The position numbers and the translations under genes are program-made. The notes under the pieces were generated by a model. That model saw nothing but the letters and a program-made list of their open reading frames with translations, was not told the DNA's origin and did no database searches. DNA of 63,992 nucleotides, filler included, from Basidiobolus ranarum (lineage: Eukaryota): NCBI GenBank assembly GCA_040143965.1. It is 4 parts of 4 records of this genome, joined end to end, with 100 filler letters (N's around TTAATTAATTAA, not from the genome) between each part and the next. Parts side by side here need not be neighbours in the genome. Positions count along the whole stretch, not along the records: positions 33,872 to 50,687 come from JASJQH010007205.1; positions 50,788 to 63,992 come from JASJQH010007374.1; 2 more parts are not named here. One strand, 5' to 3'. Shown one piece after another: positions 38,671-51,081 of the stretch. Position 1 is the stretch's first letter; every line of letters begins with the position of its first letter.

Positions 38671-40040
38671 CGACTCTTTCAAACGACAGCGCCCTAGCAG
38701 GACTCTTGGTACGAAAGCATTAACCAGTCAAACTTTTCCTGAAGATTTCCGATCTGTCATTACCTTAATATATCGATGAAAAGGAGTTACAAGCGTACAA
38801 AAGATGCCTCATCAATGGATAAAAGCAGTCTTGATGTATAATTTCTATTTATTTTTTGATCTTCAAGTTTATAGAGCTTAGATCTCATCTTCTTTTCCCT
38901 TCAACATAGTTTCTAAAGCTGACATTCCTTCAATTATTCTACTCGTTTTTATGCTTCTCCATTGCAATATTATGACTATTATTCATCTTATCTCTTCATT
39001 CGTACCTTTGCGTCTCCTTTACTTGCCACACCTTCATTCCAGCTGAAACCAAATGGTATAAGCATCAGTTGTAAATAAATATTTTTTGGACTAGGAGTAC
39101 TTGAATATGATATGATGATAGGAAGGATCGGCTAAGGCATGTGATAGCATGCATGTGGGGTGTGGTGCATGACACGAAGATGGATCCACTTGAAAAATGG
39201 TGTTTCGTTTGCAGTCTTTCGTCCTGCATTAGAGCCCAAGTTAACGCCTATAAATTAATTGTTAGGGGGGAGGCATAGTGGAGAATGATATGGAGGATAT
39301 GTTCATTTGAATCTAGTTCAATTTGAAAGGTTAATTTTCAGTAGAACACAATTAGTATAAAAGTATCGATTAATTCCAACTCCTTTAACTCCAATTCCAA
39401 AATTTATGAGTATCATTGATATAAATGAAAAAATTATAAAAAAGAAATCATTCAACTTTTAATACAATTTAAAAATTCCCTTAATGTCTTTAATGACTTT
39501 CTATCGATTTGTTGTAGTATATACATATATTGTTATGGTTATCTCTAACTATTAACAACTCAAATTTTGGTTAAATTTTGTATATACTTTCACAGAATAT
39601 CCCTTTGAAATTTAATCTTATAATATCCCATGAAACGATCTTTTATAAATGGTATAGATACTTGTCATTATACCTATATGTCTCACTGGTGGGCTTGAAC
39701 GCCATCCCTCAGAATGAAATTTGGATGAATGTATTCACCATAGTTGAGTCATACACATCATATCTGTCCATGGTGATGGTGATGGTCATTGATCTCTGAT
39801 TTGTACAAAGAGAACAGGAGAGATTTGGCATTTACTGAGGTTTATTTACATGATTTCTTGAATTGATTTTTTTCCAATCTATGGATAATAGTTGAAAAGA
39901 ATCCATGATATTAGACGTAAAGATGGTATTATGATGAATTGCCCCTCTTCTGCCCTCCCCCTTTAGAGAACATCCTCCAACGCCATTTGAAAATAAATTG
40001 ACTTACAAAATTGGCTTATTCAGTTACCGTGAAATTTAAG

Positions 40041-41564
40041 TTAAGTATTCGTTCGAGAGAAATTACATTCCAGTAATGGGACTATTTTGGTCTTTTTCAC
40101 AACCTTGTAAACAACATACAGAATTATGAAGATAAAGATTCCCAAGTATGCAGCGACGATACCACTCCAGTCAATAGGATGTGAAGAGAATCCAGTATAC
40201 CCTTGACCGATCATAACGATAACACACAGGATGAGTGCAAAAATAGGCCCGAATGGGAACCACTTGGCACGATATGGTAACTCATTTAAATCACGTCCTT
40301 GGGCTATATACGCTTTTCTGAAGCGATAATGGGATACGGCAATACCTAACCAGGCAATAAATCCAGTGATACTAGACGCATTGAGTAGCCAGATATAGAC
40401 CACTTTGTTCCCGAAAAGTGAAGTAAGAAATGACAAGCAAGCAATCAACGCAGTGAATGCAAGTGCGTAGATAGGAATACCATTAGAGTTGACCTTACGG
40501 AATATTTTGGGGGCTTTTCCTTCATTAGCTAACATCCAAAGGGTTCTACTGGCCCCGTACATACCAGAATTTCCAGCTGAAAGAATGGTGATCAGAATGA
40601 TGGCATTCATCACATGTTTGGAGGCAGCGAAGCCAGAGCGTTCAAAGCCAAGGGTAAACGGACTGGTTGTAACATCTCCTCCAGTAAGTGCAGGATCGGT
40701 ATAGGGAATAAGCATGGAAATGACGAAGATGGCGCTAATATAGAAGAGTAGAATTCTCCAGAAAACCTGTTTCACAGCTTTAGGTACATCTTTCTCAGGG
40801 TTGGCTGATTCACCTGCAGCCACACCGACCATTTCGGTACCTTGAAACGAAAATCCTGCAGCCAAGAACACCCCTAGCACTCCAAGGAATCCATTAACAA
40901 ATGGTGCTTCACCAATTGTGAAATTGGACACTCCATACACCTTTCCACCTAGAACACCAGCAGACACAAATATACCGACAATTACAAATATAATTACCGT
41001 AACCACTTTGATGAGAGCAAACCAGAATTCAGCCTCACCATAGCCTTTGACCGAAAGAGCATTGAACCCGACGATGAGAATAAGTAGCAGAAAAGACCAA
41101 ACAATTCCAGGACATTTGTCTGTACTAACCCACATCTGCATGATTCCCTCTCCAGCGGCAAGTTCAGTAGCAACGGTGATAGACCAACTAAGCCAATAAT
41201 TCCACCCCAAGGCAAAACCAAATGCTGGGTCAACAAAGCGAGAGCCGTAAGTGTTGAAGGAACCAGATACAGGTATGTAGGCAGCCATTTCACCCAGACT
41301 TGTCATCAAAAAGAACACCATGATTCCAATTAAACCATAGGAGAGAAGGGCACCTCCAGGGCCACCATTGGCGATCGATTGACCACTGGCGATGAAAAGA
41401 CCAGTACCGATAGTTCCACCAATGGCAATCATCGACAAATGGCGTGTTTTCAAGGTACGATTGAGCTGTTCTTCATTGTTCTGAATCTGCACCACAGAAG
41501 CCTTTGCCGGTTCACCATACGACTTCTCGAAGTTCTCCATATTAATGGATTCGTTATGAGACAT
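40041..41564 (-). CDS. APC-family amino-acid permease, LysP-like, intronless
   Basis: RHLSMIAIGGTIGTGLF, GFALGWNYW, YGEAEFWF, FSFQGTE, QVFWRILLFY, SHYRFR; about 12 TM helices. Confidence 0.95.
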   Translation of the reverse strand: MSHNESINMENFEKSYGEPAKASVVQIQNNEEQLNRTLKTRHLSMIAIGGTIGTGLFIASGQSIANGGPGGALLSYGLIGIMVFFLMTSLGEMAAYIPVSGSFNTYGSRFVDPAFGFALGWNYWLSWSITVATELAAGEGIMQMWVSTDKCPGIVWSFLLLILIVGFNALSVKGYGEAEFWFALIKVVTVIIFVIVGIFVSAGVLGGKVYGVSNFTIGEAPFVNGFLGVLGVFLAAGFSFQGTEMVGVAAGESANPEKDVPKAVKQVFWRILLFYISAIFVISMLIPYTDPALTGGDVTTSPFTLGFERSGFAASKHVMNAIILITILSAGNSGMYGASRTLWMLANEGKAPKIFRKVNSNGIPIYALAFTALIACLSFLTSLFGNKVVYIWLLNASSITGFIAWLGIAVSHYRFRKAYIAQGRDLNELPYRAKWFPFGPIFALILCVIVMIGQGYTGFSSHPIDWSGIVAAYLGIFIFIILYVVYKVVKKTKIVPLLECNFSRTNT

Positions 41565-44500
41565 AGTCAAGTACAAACGAATAAGGTATAAAAAGTGGAA
41601 GATATGTCAAATCTCACCAAAAGAAAAGCGAAAATATTGCAAACGAAGCTAAAAATAAATTGATGGAGAAATGAGAATGTGGAGTCTTTGGATGCGCCCA
41701 GTGGATATTTATAACAAATTCGTGCAAGTTAGATGGTCATCCTATCACTTCCAGAAAAGCAATCAATGCATCAACAGAGTGTGACCAGATTTTGTAAGCT
41801 ACTTTACATATAATACATCTGTGCCAATATAGTTAATTGTCATCAGAGGGATTGAGATCTCGGATCCTTTCGTGTGTTTATCAATATTTACTTGCTGCTC
41901 TAATGTTTTCGGAGATCCACGAATCAGCCGGACGGTGGTAGTTTGGGCAATCAGGTAATATGCTCGCACTATTTACCTGGTCAGCGCCTGTTTTCGAACG
42001 ATGAGCCTACTCAATCGGAAGGGAAGTACAGCATGAAACAGACGAAGTGTCGTATATAATACGTACTTTGAGTGAGTTTTCTAATTATGTCGATTATATT
42101 CGCTGAATATTGATCGGGTGATAAATATTCTGTAAATGGAAATAATATTGATTGGGGATACGTGGTCATGAGGTGCTTACGAGGTCATATTAAGATCAAC
42201 CTTTAGATTGGGTAGATATATATTTGGATGACGTGGTATCGACGGGTATGGAATGGAAAACGAGAGGTGGTGAGAGTAAGCCCGGTGTTGGGAAGATATC
42301 CGATCACTTGGCACACTTACTCACCCTAACCGTTGGTTACTAGTGAACAGCTCCTTCTTGTGGAGTGGGAGATAGGTATGAAAGACATTTCCCTAATACA
42401 ATGGAGCCACAGCATTGGCTAAACTCAGGCAGATTTGTGATCTGATGATATACACAATTGCTACGAAAGAAGCAACCCGAGTTCCTTTGTTTGACAAGGG
42501 CTCTGATATCCAAACCCAATAGCCCCGAAACATATCTAATTTCATTCACAATTGTGCGGTGTGACTTTAGCCATGTTCCCTGGCTGCTGGTCTATTCTGC
42601 CAGTCAGCTACCCTACCTCTATGCGAGATGAAAGTACTGCCATCAAACTGTTGAGTCCATGTTGATAGCCAGCCTAACAAAGGAGTGCCAATCAAATGAG
42701 AGTTCGCATTTCTCGCTCGCTCCGTCTCCTCCATCTCAGTTTACTTGAGATTCATCCTATTCATTGATGAGCCAACAGTAAGGTTAGGTTCCACTAATAA
42801 TTGGGGCGAGGTTTTACACTTCACCTAAATGGGATTTGCGAGAGAGCTTCGTTGTCCAATACCAACTGATGGCTGAACATAATCTAGTCTGATGAGGTTT
42901 CATCTCGTCCAATATTTAGCGCCATAAGTTGTGCATTCTCCATATAACAAAATATCCCGAAAATATAATGATTCCAAGGTTCATTGATTGCTCGGTAATG
43001 CTTTGGAAGAGTGCATCTAACAGGCGTGTACGAGGAATTCTACGCTAGATAATTCCACAGATGCATCCCTGGAATGCATTGTGATCAGCAGAGAAGGGGG
43101 TATACTTATTATCTCTTGGGATAGGCAGCCATCTAAACAATCTGTACGTCTATGGTCAAGAAACGATTGCAATAAACTGGGATCGTGATTTCGTTAGCTA
43201 TCCGCTAGCACTGAGTTTCTAGACACAACCAATGTGCATTTGGTGTGACTAAACAAACAAGGGATAATCCCACACGCTCGATTAACGCCTCGAAATATTT
43301 TCTACATGCCGTGTGAATAAACATATGGGCTGTATATTGAACATCATTGCTAATTCAGAGTCTTGGAAAGACGATGCGAAGACTTAGCTAATACTGCGTA
43401 CGATGTACAAAGGAATGCAAACTCTACTATATATATCAATAACCAGTAAGGCGGTGCCCGTTCCCCGATAGAGATAAAAAGGATTGAGCAACCATCCCAG
43501 CGATGGATAAATCAGTTAGTCACTCCCTATAGGCCAATATATTCGTGTTCTAAGGTGTTCCAGTGACTAGGTTTGTAAATTAAGAATTGGATTTAGTGTA
43601 GGCCATATTGAAACCTAACTACTGTTCGCACAGTCCCCCACGACAATGATTAAGCACTAGTAAAGCTCACTGTGTCGGTATTGGTATTGGTATCTGTGAA
43701 ATCAGCACACTCGTGGGGTTGTGAAGGCTTATGGGGATTCATTACTTGCTTGTAGTAATCTTCAGTGATGTGAAGGAGTTCCCATTTTGGTTAGAACTAC
43801 GGAACTATGAGCCAATCCGATGTCCCTACTGGCCTAATGAAATTTACTTTTCCATGCTCTATATATGGAAAAGGTCGAAATCTCAAGCTTGTGATCAAGT
43901 TCGTATCCATGGTCCTTCTCAATCATGGAATACAGTGTGTATTGAAGTGCCACCCGAGAATTGGTGATGTATTCAATTTATTCATTTAAAGACACAAGAC
44001 TTATGCCAAGTAGTAATGTGACGATGAGATCACGAATCACTTGACTAGACTGCACTGAAAATGTGAATATCACACTCTGGCCGCAAAATCCAGTTGGAAA
44101 CTAGCGGTAACAGGAGATCAGGTCCAGAATAAGAAGTACGCATCGAGATGACGAATAAAACGACAGGTGATGGTATGTTGTTCCACGGCCTGGTTTCTTA
44201 CCGTAATACTTGGGTATAATTTGGAAAATGAGATACAAAAGCAGTTAGAGTCCTTTTCTATATGGAAATACCGCGATACCTTAGGACGAGCCCTTCAGAG
44301 CAGTTAGCAAATATATGTCATTCTACTCACTACGCTTCCTTCACTATGTCATAAATGTTTGTAGTTTGGATCGAGTTATTTTCAAGAGCACATAGTAGGT
44401 CATCTTCCAGAACTAGAGTTCGAAATTAAGAAGTTTTTACTCGGCGTGAAATATTGAAATGCCCAAAATAAGAAAATGGATGTATATCTTACTGTAGTTG

Positions 44501-45163
44501 GTCAACGGCAAAGGCATGTGGCTAACTAAATTAATCATCACATCAGTCACAAGGCCAATTAAAATATCATCAGTCAGGCTCCCACTTCATGTGGGTAGAG
44601 TTGGAGAGTGCATTGCGAGTCAACAATTCTACATGTTGGTATCCAAGATAGATTCCCACAACTTGAGTAATATATTTGGCTGGAGCAGCATATGCTTAGG
44701 CGCTGACACATTGTTTACATCAACTAATATGCTGGGCCAAAACAAGGTGGGATAAAAACTACTATCGCCGCATCGTGAATCTCTTTCCACGCGAAACTTT
44801 TCCCATGTGTGTATGACCAAGCCAAATCGGATATACCAAACCAATATGGTGATGGAGAAAAGGAGCCAGCATCGAAGCTGTTTGTACCTTTAGTGAAAAG
44901 ATACAGACATCACGATAATGACACATAGGGTATTCAGGTAAGTCACATGTCAAGAGAACTATGATTTTAAAGTCTTAGGTGTACATACATACATGCATGT
45001 GCAACTTCATGAAAATGTTATTATCAACTATCTATGGATTATTGTTCACGTCTCCTGTAAACATTCGCGCAAGACCGCCGGAACAAGTCAATACACTTCG
45101 TATGGATTTATTGATTGATAGATGAGTTATATATATGTGCATCATGTTGACTTTGGAAGAATT

Positions 45164-46541
45164 CTAGAGTATCCTATTTTCTGATACATGTGTCAAAAGT
45201 TTTGTAGCAATAAATATATCACCATCTAGACTGGTGGCTTTAGCTTCTGGATAGGTGGATTCATTGGCTTTCAAGATAAACTCTTGCCAATTTCCCTGCT
45301 CAAAGTCATCTCGTGGTATCTCTATACCAAGGCCATATTGCTGCATCATCGATAAAAGACCTGGCTCTTCGATAAAAGCTGGCCTACTGACAAATAGCAT
45401 GGGCTTCTTGTGTAAGATGCATTCGGTGCAGGTACCAAAACCCTAGATTACAGCCAAAAACCATCAAAATAAAATATAAGTTCAGGAAATGGTTAGGAAA
45501 TTAGTACCGCTATAATTTACCAATTTTCCAAGTACAACATCAGAGCAATTCACCAAATCTGGCACATAGGTATTGCGATCCACACACAAAAAGTTTGATG
45601 GAAGTTTGTGTTCCTTTGAGTTAAAGCCGCAAACTATTCCAACCCACCCACTAGGCAACGCACGATTCCATTTTTCTTCTTTCATATTATGCCCACCAAA
45701 CGCAACCAGTAAAATTTTTGGCATCACCTCTTGATCAGTTTTGATTATTCCCAAATGCTTTAGTACCTCCACTTTGGAAAGACGAGATTTTCTTCCAAAA
45801 AGTGGTGTGTCAATGATTCGTTCAGGCTCATTATCCAGAAAAGCAGGAATTTCAATATAGCCTGGCATGCGCAATAGAATGTTGGCTTGCTTGTAAGCAT
45901 CCGTAATGATTGGTAGCCATTTGAGGATGATTTTATCGTAAGAATCACCGTTTAAAAGACCCTCATATACTTTGTCAAATGTAAAGTTACTTGCTATGAT
46001 GGATGGGACATTACACTTTTGCGCGGCGGCGCTTATGGCATAAGGTTATTAGTCTCCATCGACGACAATAAGTCATATATATACTAACCAAGGTAGGAAT
46101 GGGGCATCTGAAACTATTAATTTAGCCTCAACGGAGGTAAGCCAGTTTACTTCCTCTTCAATCTTTTCCTCATAACGCTCCATGAAGCATTCTAGATTAG
46201 TTAAAGTGGTAAGTCGATCGACATCGTAAGGAAGAGGCTGCTCTACCACCGGATCAATAACAGAATGACGATAGACCCAAGATGCGGAAGGATATGAATG
46301 TAACATTTCCTCAAACAAAAATTCTTTTCCATGGGCAATTATATTAACAACAACCTCTCCATGGCACATCTCTATCAATTTAGTAATGATTTGAGCAGAC
46401 CGAGTAGAATGTCCGAAACCTACATATGGTTTAACGACATCAGTAATAGGTAGAATGTTGAGTTAGTGAGTAGTAGATATCAATGAGATTACCATGACAT
46501 GAAACATAATAACATATAGAGACGGGTTTATGTGTACTCAT
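45164..46541 (-). CDS. GT-B-fold protein resembling the N-terminal domain of plant L-arabinokinase (4 exons)
   Basis: CYYVSCHG|FGHSTR, IVSDAPFLP, ASNFTFDKVY, LLVAFGG, YVPDLVNCSDVVLGKL|GFGTCTEC, FVSRPAFIEE. Confidence 0.82.
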
Positions 46542-47162
46542 CGTTTAATGAACTTTCTAACACTCTTTGTTTTACTCAAATCAATTTAACAAACCCAAAA
46601 TTTACCTCTGGTATCAAATAGCAAAATATCTGGAACTACGTAATATAGCTAATATCTGCTTCGGTATGCTAGTCTAGAAATTAGGACCAATGATGTTAGA
46701 AAAAATACTCATAAAAGTGGTCATCAATCGGTAATGGTATGTCTTGATATTTCATGATTTTTATGTTCAATGATAATGAAACATAATAACCTATCATGGC
46801 TCAACTAAGATTCAGGATGAGAGTTTTGAGAGTTCAGCGTATATGCAAATGCTATACATGTTTATGCATAAGCAGATGGCTTATTGAGGTCATCATGTTG
46901 TGCTCTGAGCAGAATAACTATTGTCCAGGTTTTTGAAATTACCACTTCAAACATAAAGCAGCTTGTATAGTAAGTATGAGAAATGACTAGATACGCAGTC
47001 TCCTTACCCCCAGTACATGTTTGACCCTGAATGAGAACAACGGGAATCAGTCATGTCAACAGCTTTATAAAATGGCCACTGCTGGTGAAACAAAACTCCA
47101 GAGTAGAGCCCAAGAATTCTTACTGGCAGGGTGGCAAAAGAACTCAACTCATATGTACTAAT

Positions 47163-47495
47163 TGTTAAAATATTTTAGGAGTTGTTGGAAGTAATTTGGA
47201 GAACTAAAAGAATTGGTGGTGTTTCACTTGATGATTTATTGAGTGTAAGTTGACATTTATACTTTTATCAAGAGGTAGGCAAACTAACATGTAGAATGTG
47301 CTTAGGAAGGTCCTCGGAACATGCACGCAAAGCTTGAGGTCTGTTAGACAAGTTTGAGAAAATCATATAATCTTCGAACTACCAAGTTGGTAAAATATTC
47401 CAAGTAAATACCTCATGAAAATATTGAATAACAACATAGTGAAAGGTAGCTAACTATATGCCTATATAGATGTGTAAGCTATGTCCTTTTCAACA
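47163..47495. mobile_element. Solo LTR (copia family) with 5-bp TSD CTAAT
   Basis: TGTT...AACA termini; CTAAT at 47158-47162 and 47496-47500; colinear similarity to the LTR at 51899-52246. Confidence 0.9.
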
Positions 47496-49079
47496 CTAAT
47501 GTATCCCTCACATAAGATCTGCACTGATTTTTCTATACTAAACTTAAATACCTCAACCTATGGGCATATCTTGCTCTCAGGTTAGAATCATGATGCACAT
47601 CTGAGATGCTGTAAGGCATAATAGATCTTTAGATACTTCTGCTATCTCAAGTATATCTATACTGCACCACTTATCTCAAGCTAAAAGTTCTTCTATATAA
47701 CTGTAATTCAGCATCAATTACTCGTATGTTGTGCTTCTAACCACTCGATTCCATGGCAATTGTTCTCCTAAATGCTCACAACAGATAAGTCACTATTCTC
47801 CTATTTCTTAAGTGCCAGAATCTTAGAAGCTATTCCACATGATGTGGCATGTTTCAACCATACATCACCAATATCGAGAATAATTCCTCCAGGACTATTA
47901 TATGCATCTGCTTTAGAAATTGGATGGGTTATTGTGAAGAGTTGGCCATATTTTAGGTATTGCTCTAATCCTCTATTTCAACACTGCAAAAAAGATTCCC
48001 AAGATCTAGATCATGGTGTATATCTCCGTAAGTTACTTTATTATTGTCATCTGAAACCTATCCAGTGATTCACTGGAAAATAAATACATCTAATCGTAGT
48101 TCTCTAAAGTTGTCAATAAATACCTCAACACCCAAGGCGTCGTGGTGATGATAACAAGTGTGCATAATCCTGATATCAGACCTTCATCCAAGAACGGAGC
48201 ACTAGTATATTAATAGAACCACGGTGTGGCTACTAAATATATCACAAATATATTTAGTTAACAATCACACTTCCATATTTGGCATTGGGTTTCAGAGATT
48301 GGTGATGGAGCTTATCAGCATGGTGTAGGAATGTTTGGAGTTGAAACATAGTACAATACCAATTCCCCGATATGTCCCGGTTTCACTTTGGAATCTTTTA
48401 ACCTCGCTACTAAAATCTACAACCAGGCATGGCGTTGATCTGAACTATTACTATGCTTAGTGCATCGTTGGTTAGAGTTCATTGGCCTGGTATAATCAAG
48501 TAAATCAGGCCTTGTTCTAGTAAGTTTAAGTTTAACGAAATGACTGCCATTTCTTTAGCTCAACCGTGAGATACTACGATAAGGTCAATGTGTGTGGTTC
48601 GATATGGGCCACTTCACGCGCCTCTACATGTGGCCAGACTGAGAAAGTAACTTTGAGAGAAAGTATAAGCATGTACAGTCATTGTGAAGCCAACATTAAC
48701 CAACACTGACCCGTCAGCGACTTACCGACATTAATGTGCCAAACTATCAATGGGACCTGCAGAGCTTATTGAAGCATACCAAATAAGACCCTGTGCATTA
48801 TCACTCCAAGGGGCGTTGATTGAATAGAATAGAAAAATGATTCGCTCATTAAACTGCTAAACTCATTGGTCTCAATATAGATAACGCCAATGTAAAATTT
48901 GAATTATGCACTATTTTGGTACTCATCCAAACAAGTCACTCCCTGTGACATCCCTCGCATCTTAATAAATTGGAAGCCCGCTCCCACAAATTCATTCACA
49001 TTTCCTACTTTCCTTCAACAGCACACAGTGTTGAAAGCATATTCCCAACTAAACGGCATCGTTCAACCTTAATTTCATA

Positions 49080-49946
49080 ATGGCATCCGCACCCGTTCAG
49101 ACAGTATCCCTCGACTTGACAAGTCAAAAGTTGACTACAGCTGGCCTCACCTTGCCTCCCGAATATACCGTCGATGGTTTTGATACATCAATGTTACTGA
49201 TGAGCGAGAAACCAGTAATGGTGGAAGCTAAGATCATCAAAAAACCCACATTATCAGCATTAGCGATATTCAAGAAATGTTTGCTATTGACTGATGGTCG
49301 TGATAAATTTCTTAAAGTAATTCAATACTTCAGCAAGCTCCTCCTTTTAATCGTGTTTAGAAACCCCAAACGCTATCCTGCCATACATAAACGATTGAGT
49401 TCGATGGCTAGCGCGTTCTCTAGTACTCGTAAAATATTACGACTTGGCAATTTCCTTGAGCCATGTGATACAGTTCAGGAATTCTTGTCCGGATCATACA
49501 AAAATTTCTCCATCATGACCAGGAACCAAAAGCTCTCACATCTCTACAGCAGCTGCAAAGCGGCCCTTGAAGTAGTCAATTGTATTAGTGATGACATTTT
49601 CTGTCTAAGCAAGATTGGTTTAGTTCCAAAGTCCTGGGGAAAGAAATCCGAACCTCTCTCGACCAAATTATGGTTTGTGGCAATCTGGTTAGACCTCCAT
49701 GAGCTTGTTCAAGACCGCCTCGATTTGCAACGCCAGATTCATACTGAATCTCATACAATGGACAAGGCCAAACTACAAGATAAGGTCTACTGGAATAATG
49801 TTAGCATAACCAAACTCCTAGGAGATCTAGTTTTCTGTGGATATGACTTTTTCGAATGTAATTTCTCGGAAACCTTCCAAGTAAGCGCAGGATTTCTCTC
49901 CGGAGCATTGGGGACATACAAGCTGTGGGTCAAGAAGTCCATCTAA
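49080..49946 (+). CDS. PEX11: Peroxisomal membrane protein Pex11 family
   Basis: DGRDKFLKVIQY, FSSTRKILRLGNFL, hydrophobic C-terminus GFLSGALGTYKLW. Confidence 0.9.
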   Translation: MASAPVQTVSLDLTSQKLTTAGLTLPPEYTVDGFDTSMLLMSEKPVMVEAKIIKKPTLSALAIFKKCLLLTDGRDKFLKVIQYFSKLLLLIVFRNPKRYPAIHKRLSSMASAFSSTRKILRLGNFLEPCDTVQEFLSGSYKNFSIMTRNQKLSHLYSSCKAALEVVNCISDDIFCLSKIGLVPKSWGKKSEPLSTKLWFVAIWLDLHELVQDRLDLQRQIHTESHTMDKAKLQDKVYWNNVSITKLLGDLVFCGYDFFECNFSETFQVSAGFLSGALGTYKLWVKKSI

Positions 49947-50687
49947 GCCAACCAGCCAGCCTAATTCCCAACTATCCGAGCATCACACAATGTATACATC
50001 ACCCTCCCTCTAATTTCCATAGACACCCACTTCTGTATCTTAACCAATCTCCTAATTGCCAAGTCTTATTCCCTATCCCCAAATCCCATAGTAGAACCGA
50101 ACTCTTTCACTTCAATATTTACCTTGTCTTACACATAATTAAAAATTAATTTGATGAATCAAGATCCTGCCTCTCCAACCGGAATACGCCAAATTTGTAT
50201 AGAAGTTTCACTTGCGAAAATCTTATTTACTTGTACCATATTTTTAAACACATGGTTTTCGCCCGTGTCCCAATCGGGCCATGATGTTTCAGATAACATA
50301 CCTAATCACTGTATATCATCATCAGAAGCAGTCGTATACACTGGGGAAACCTAGCGATGCGTGCATTCCAAGGCCAAATCAAACGCATCACCGTTATATT
50401 AATAGCCCTTCGGTTCCATTCAATTGTGAAACAAATTGACATCATGATGTGCAGGTTCAATGGAGCGAAGTAAATGGGTTTCGCCAGGCTGAACGCCAGC
50501 ACACGCCAGCCTCTTGGTTGAACCGGGAGCAGTTAGCTGAGATCGGTGGTACATGATAAGCAAAAATGTATGCAGAGATGGTTTCTCAATGGCACACGGT
50601 GAAATTTGCGTGAACACAGCTAAATGGGCTGGTTGTGAAGCGGTGGGTCGATTGCGCGCGACGGGCGGTATGTTTAGGCCTGGAATT

Positions 50688-50787
50688 NNNNNNNNNNNNN
50701 NNNNNNNNNNNNNNNNNNNNNNNNNNNNNNNTTAATTAATTAANNNNNNNNNNNNNNNNNNNNNNNNNNNNNNNNNNNNNNNNNNNN
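50688..50787. other. Artificial contig spacer
   Basis: 100 nt of N around TTAATTAATTAA. Confidence 0.97.
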
Positions 50788-51081
50788 GCTTAGAGATTAT
50801 AGGCCCTTGCTATACATTCTGGGAGTTCCCAATGGAGCACACCTGTGGTGAAATGATGCTCCATGTGAAATTGTCAGTATTACCATATGCTAATCTGAGT
50901 AACAATGTATCAGCAAAATCAGTGATGGATGTAATGCAATGGGTTAAGGAGACTCCAGAGTTTATTAACCTGCGAACAAAGGGCACTTTTCAATGTGCTC
51001 ACAGGTTTTCACATTGTTTGAGCACAATAACAGCAACAAAGCCCAATCCATGGACACAGAGTAAGTACCTTTATAATTGGA

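Noticed and set aside
41600-45100. Short ORFs in the long region upstream of the permease
   Set aside because: All are under 90 aa with no recognisable motifs or convincing splice pattern; treated as intergenic or decayed DNA.
47772-48068. 98-aa ORF beside the solo LTR as a possible pol remnant
   Set aside because: No RT, RNase H or integrase motifs seen, and the TSD shows the LTR is solo.
18760-49946. Peroxisomal 'cluster' of the SKL kinase and PEX11
   Set aside because: The genes are on different contigs joined artificially.
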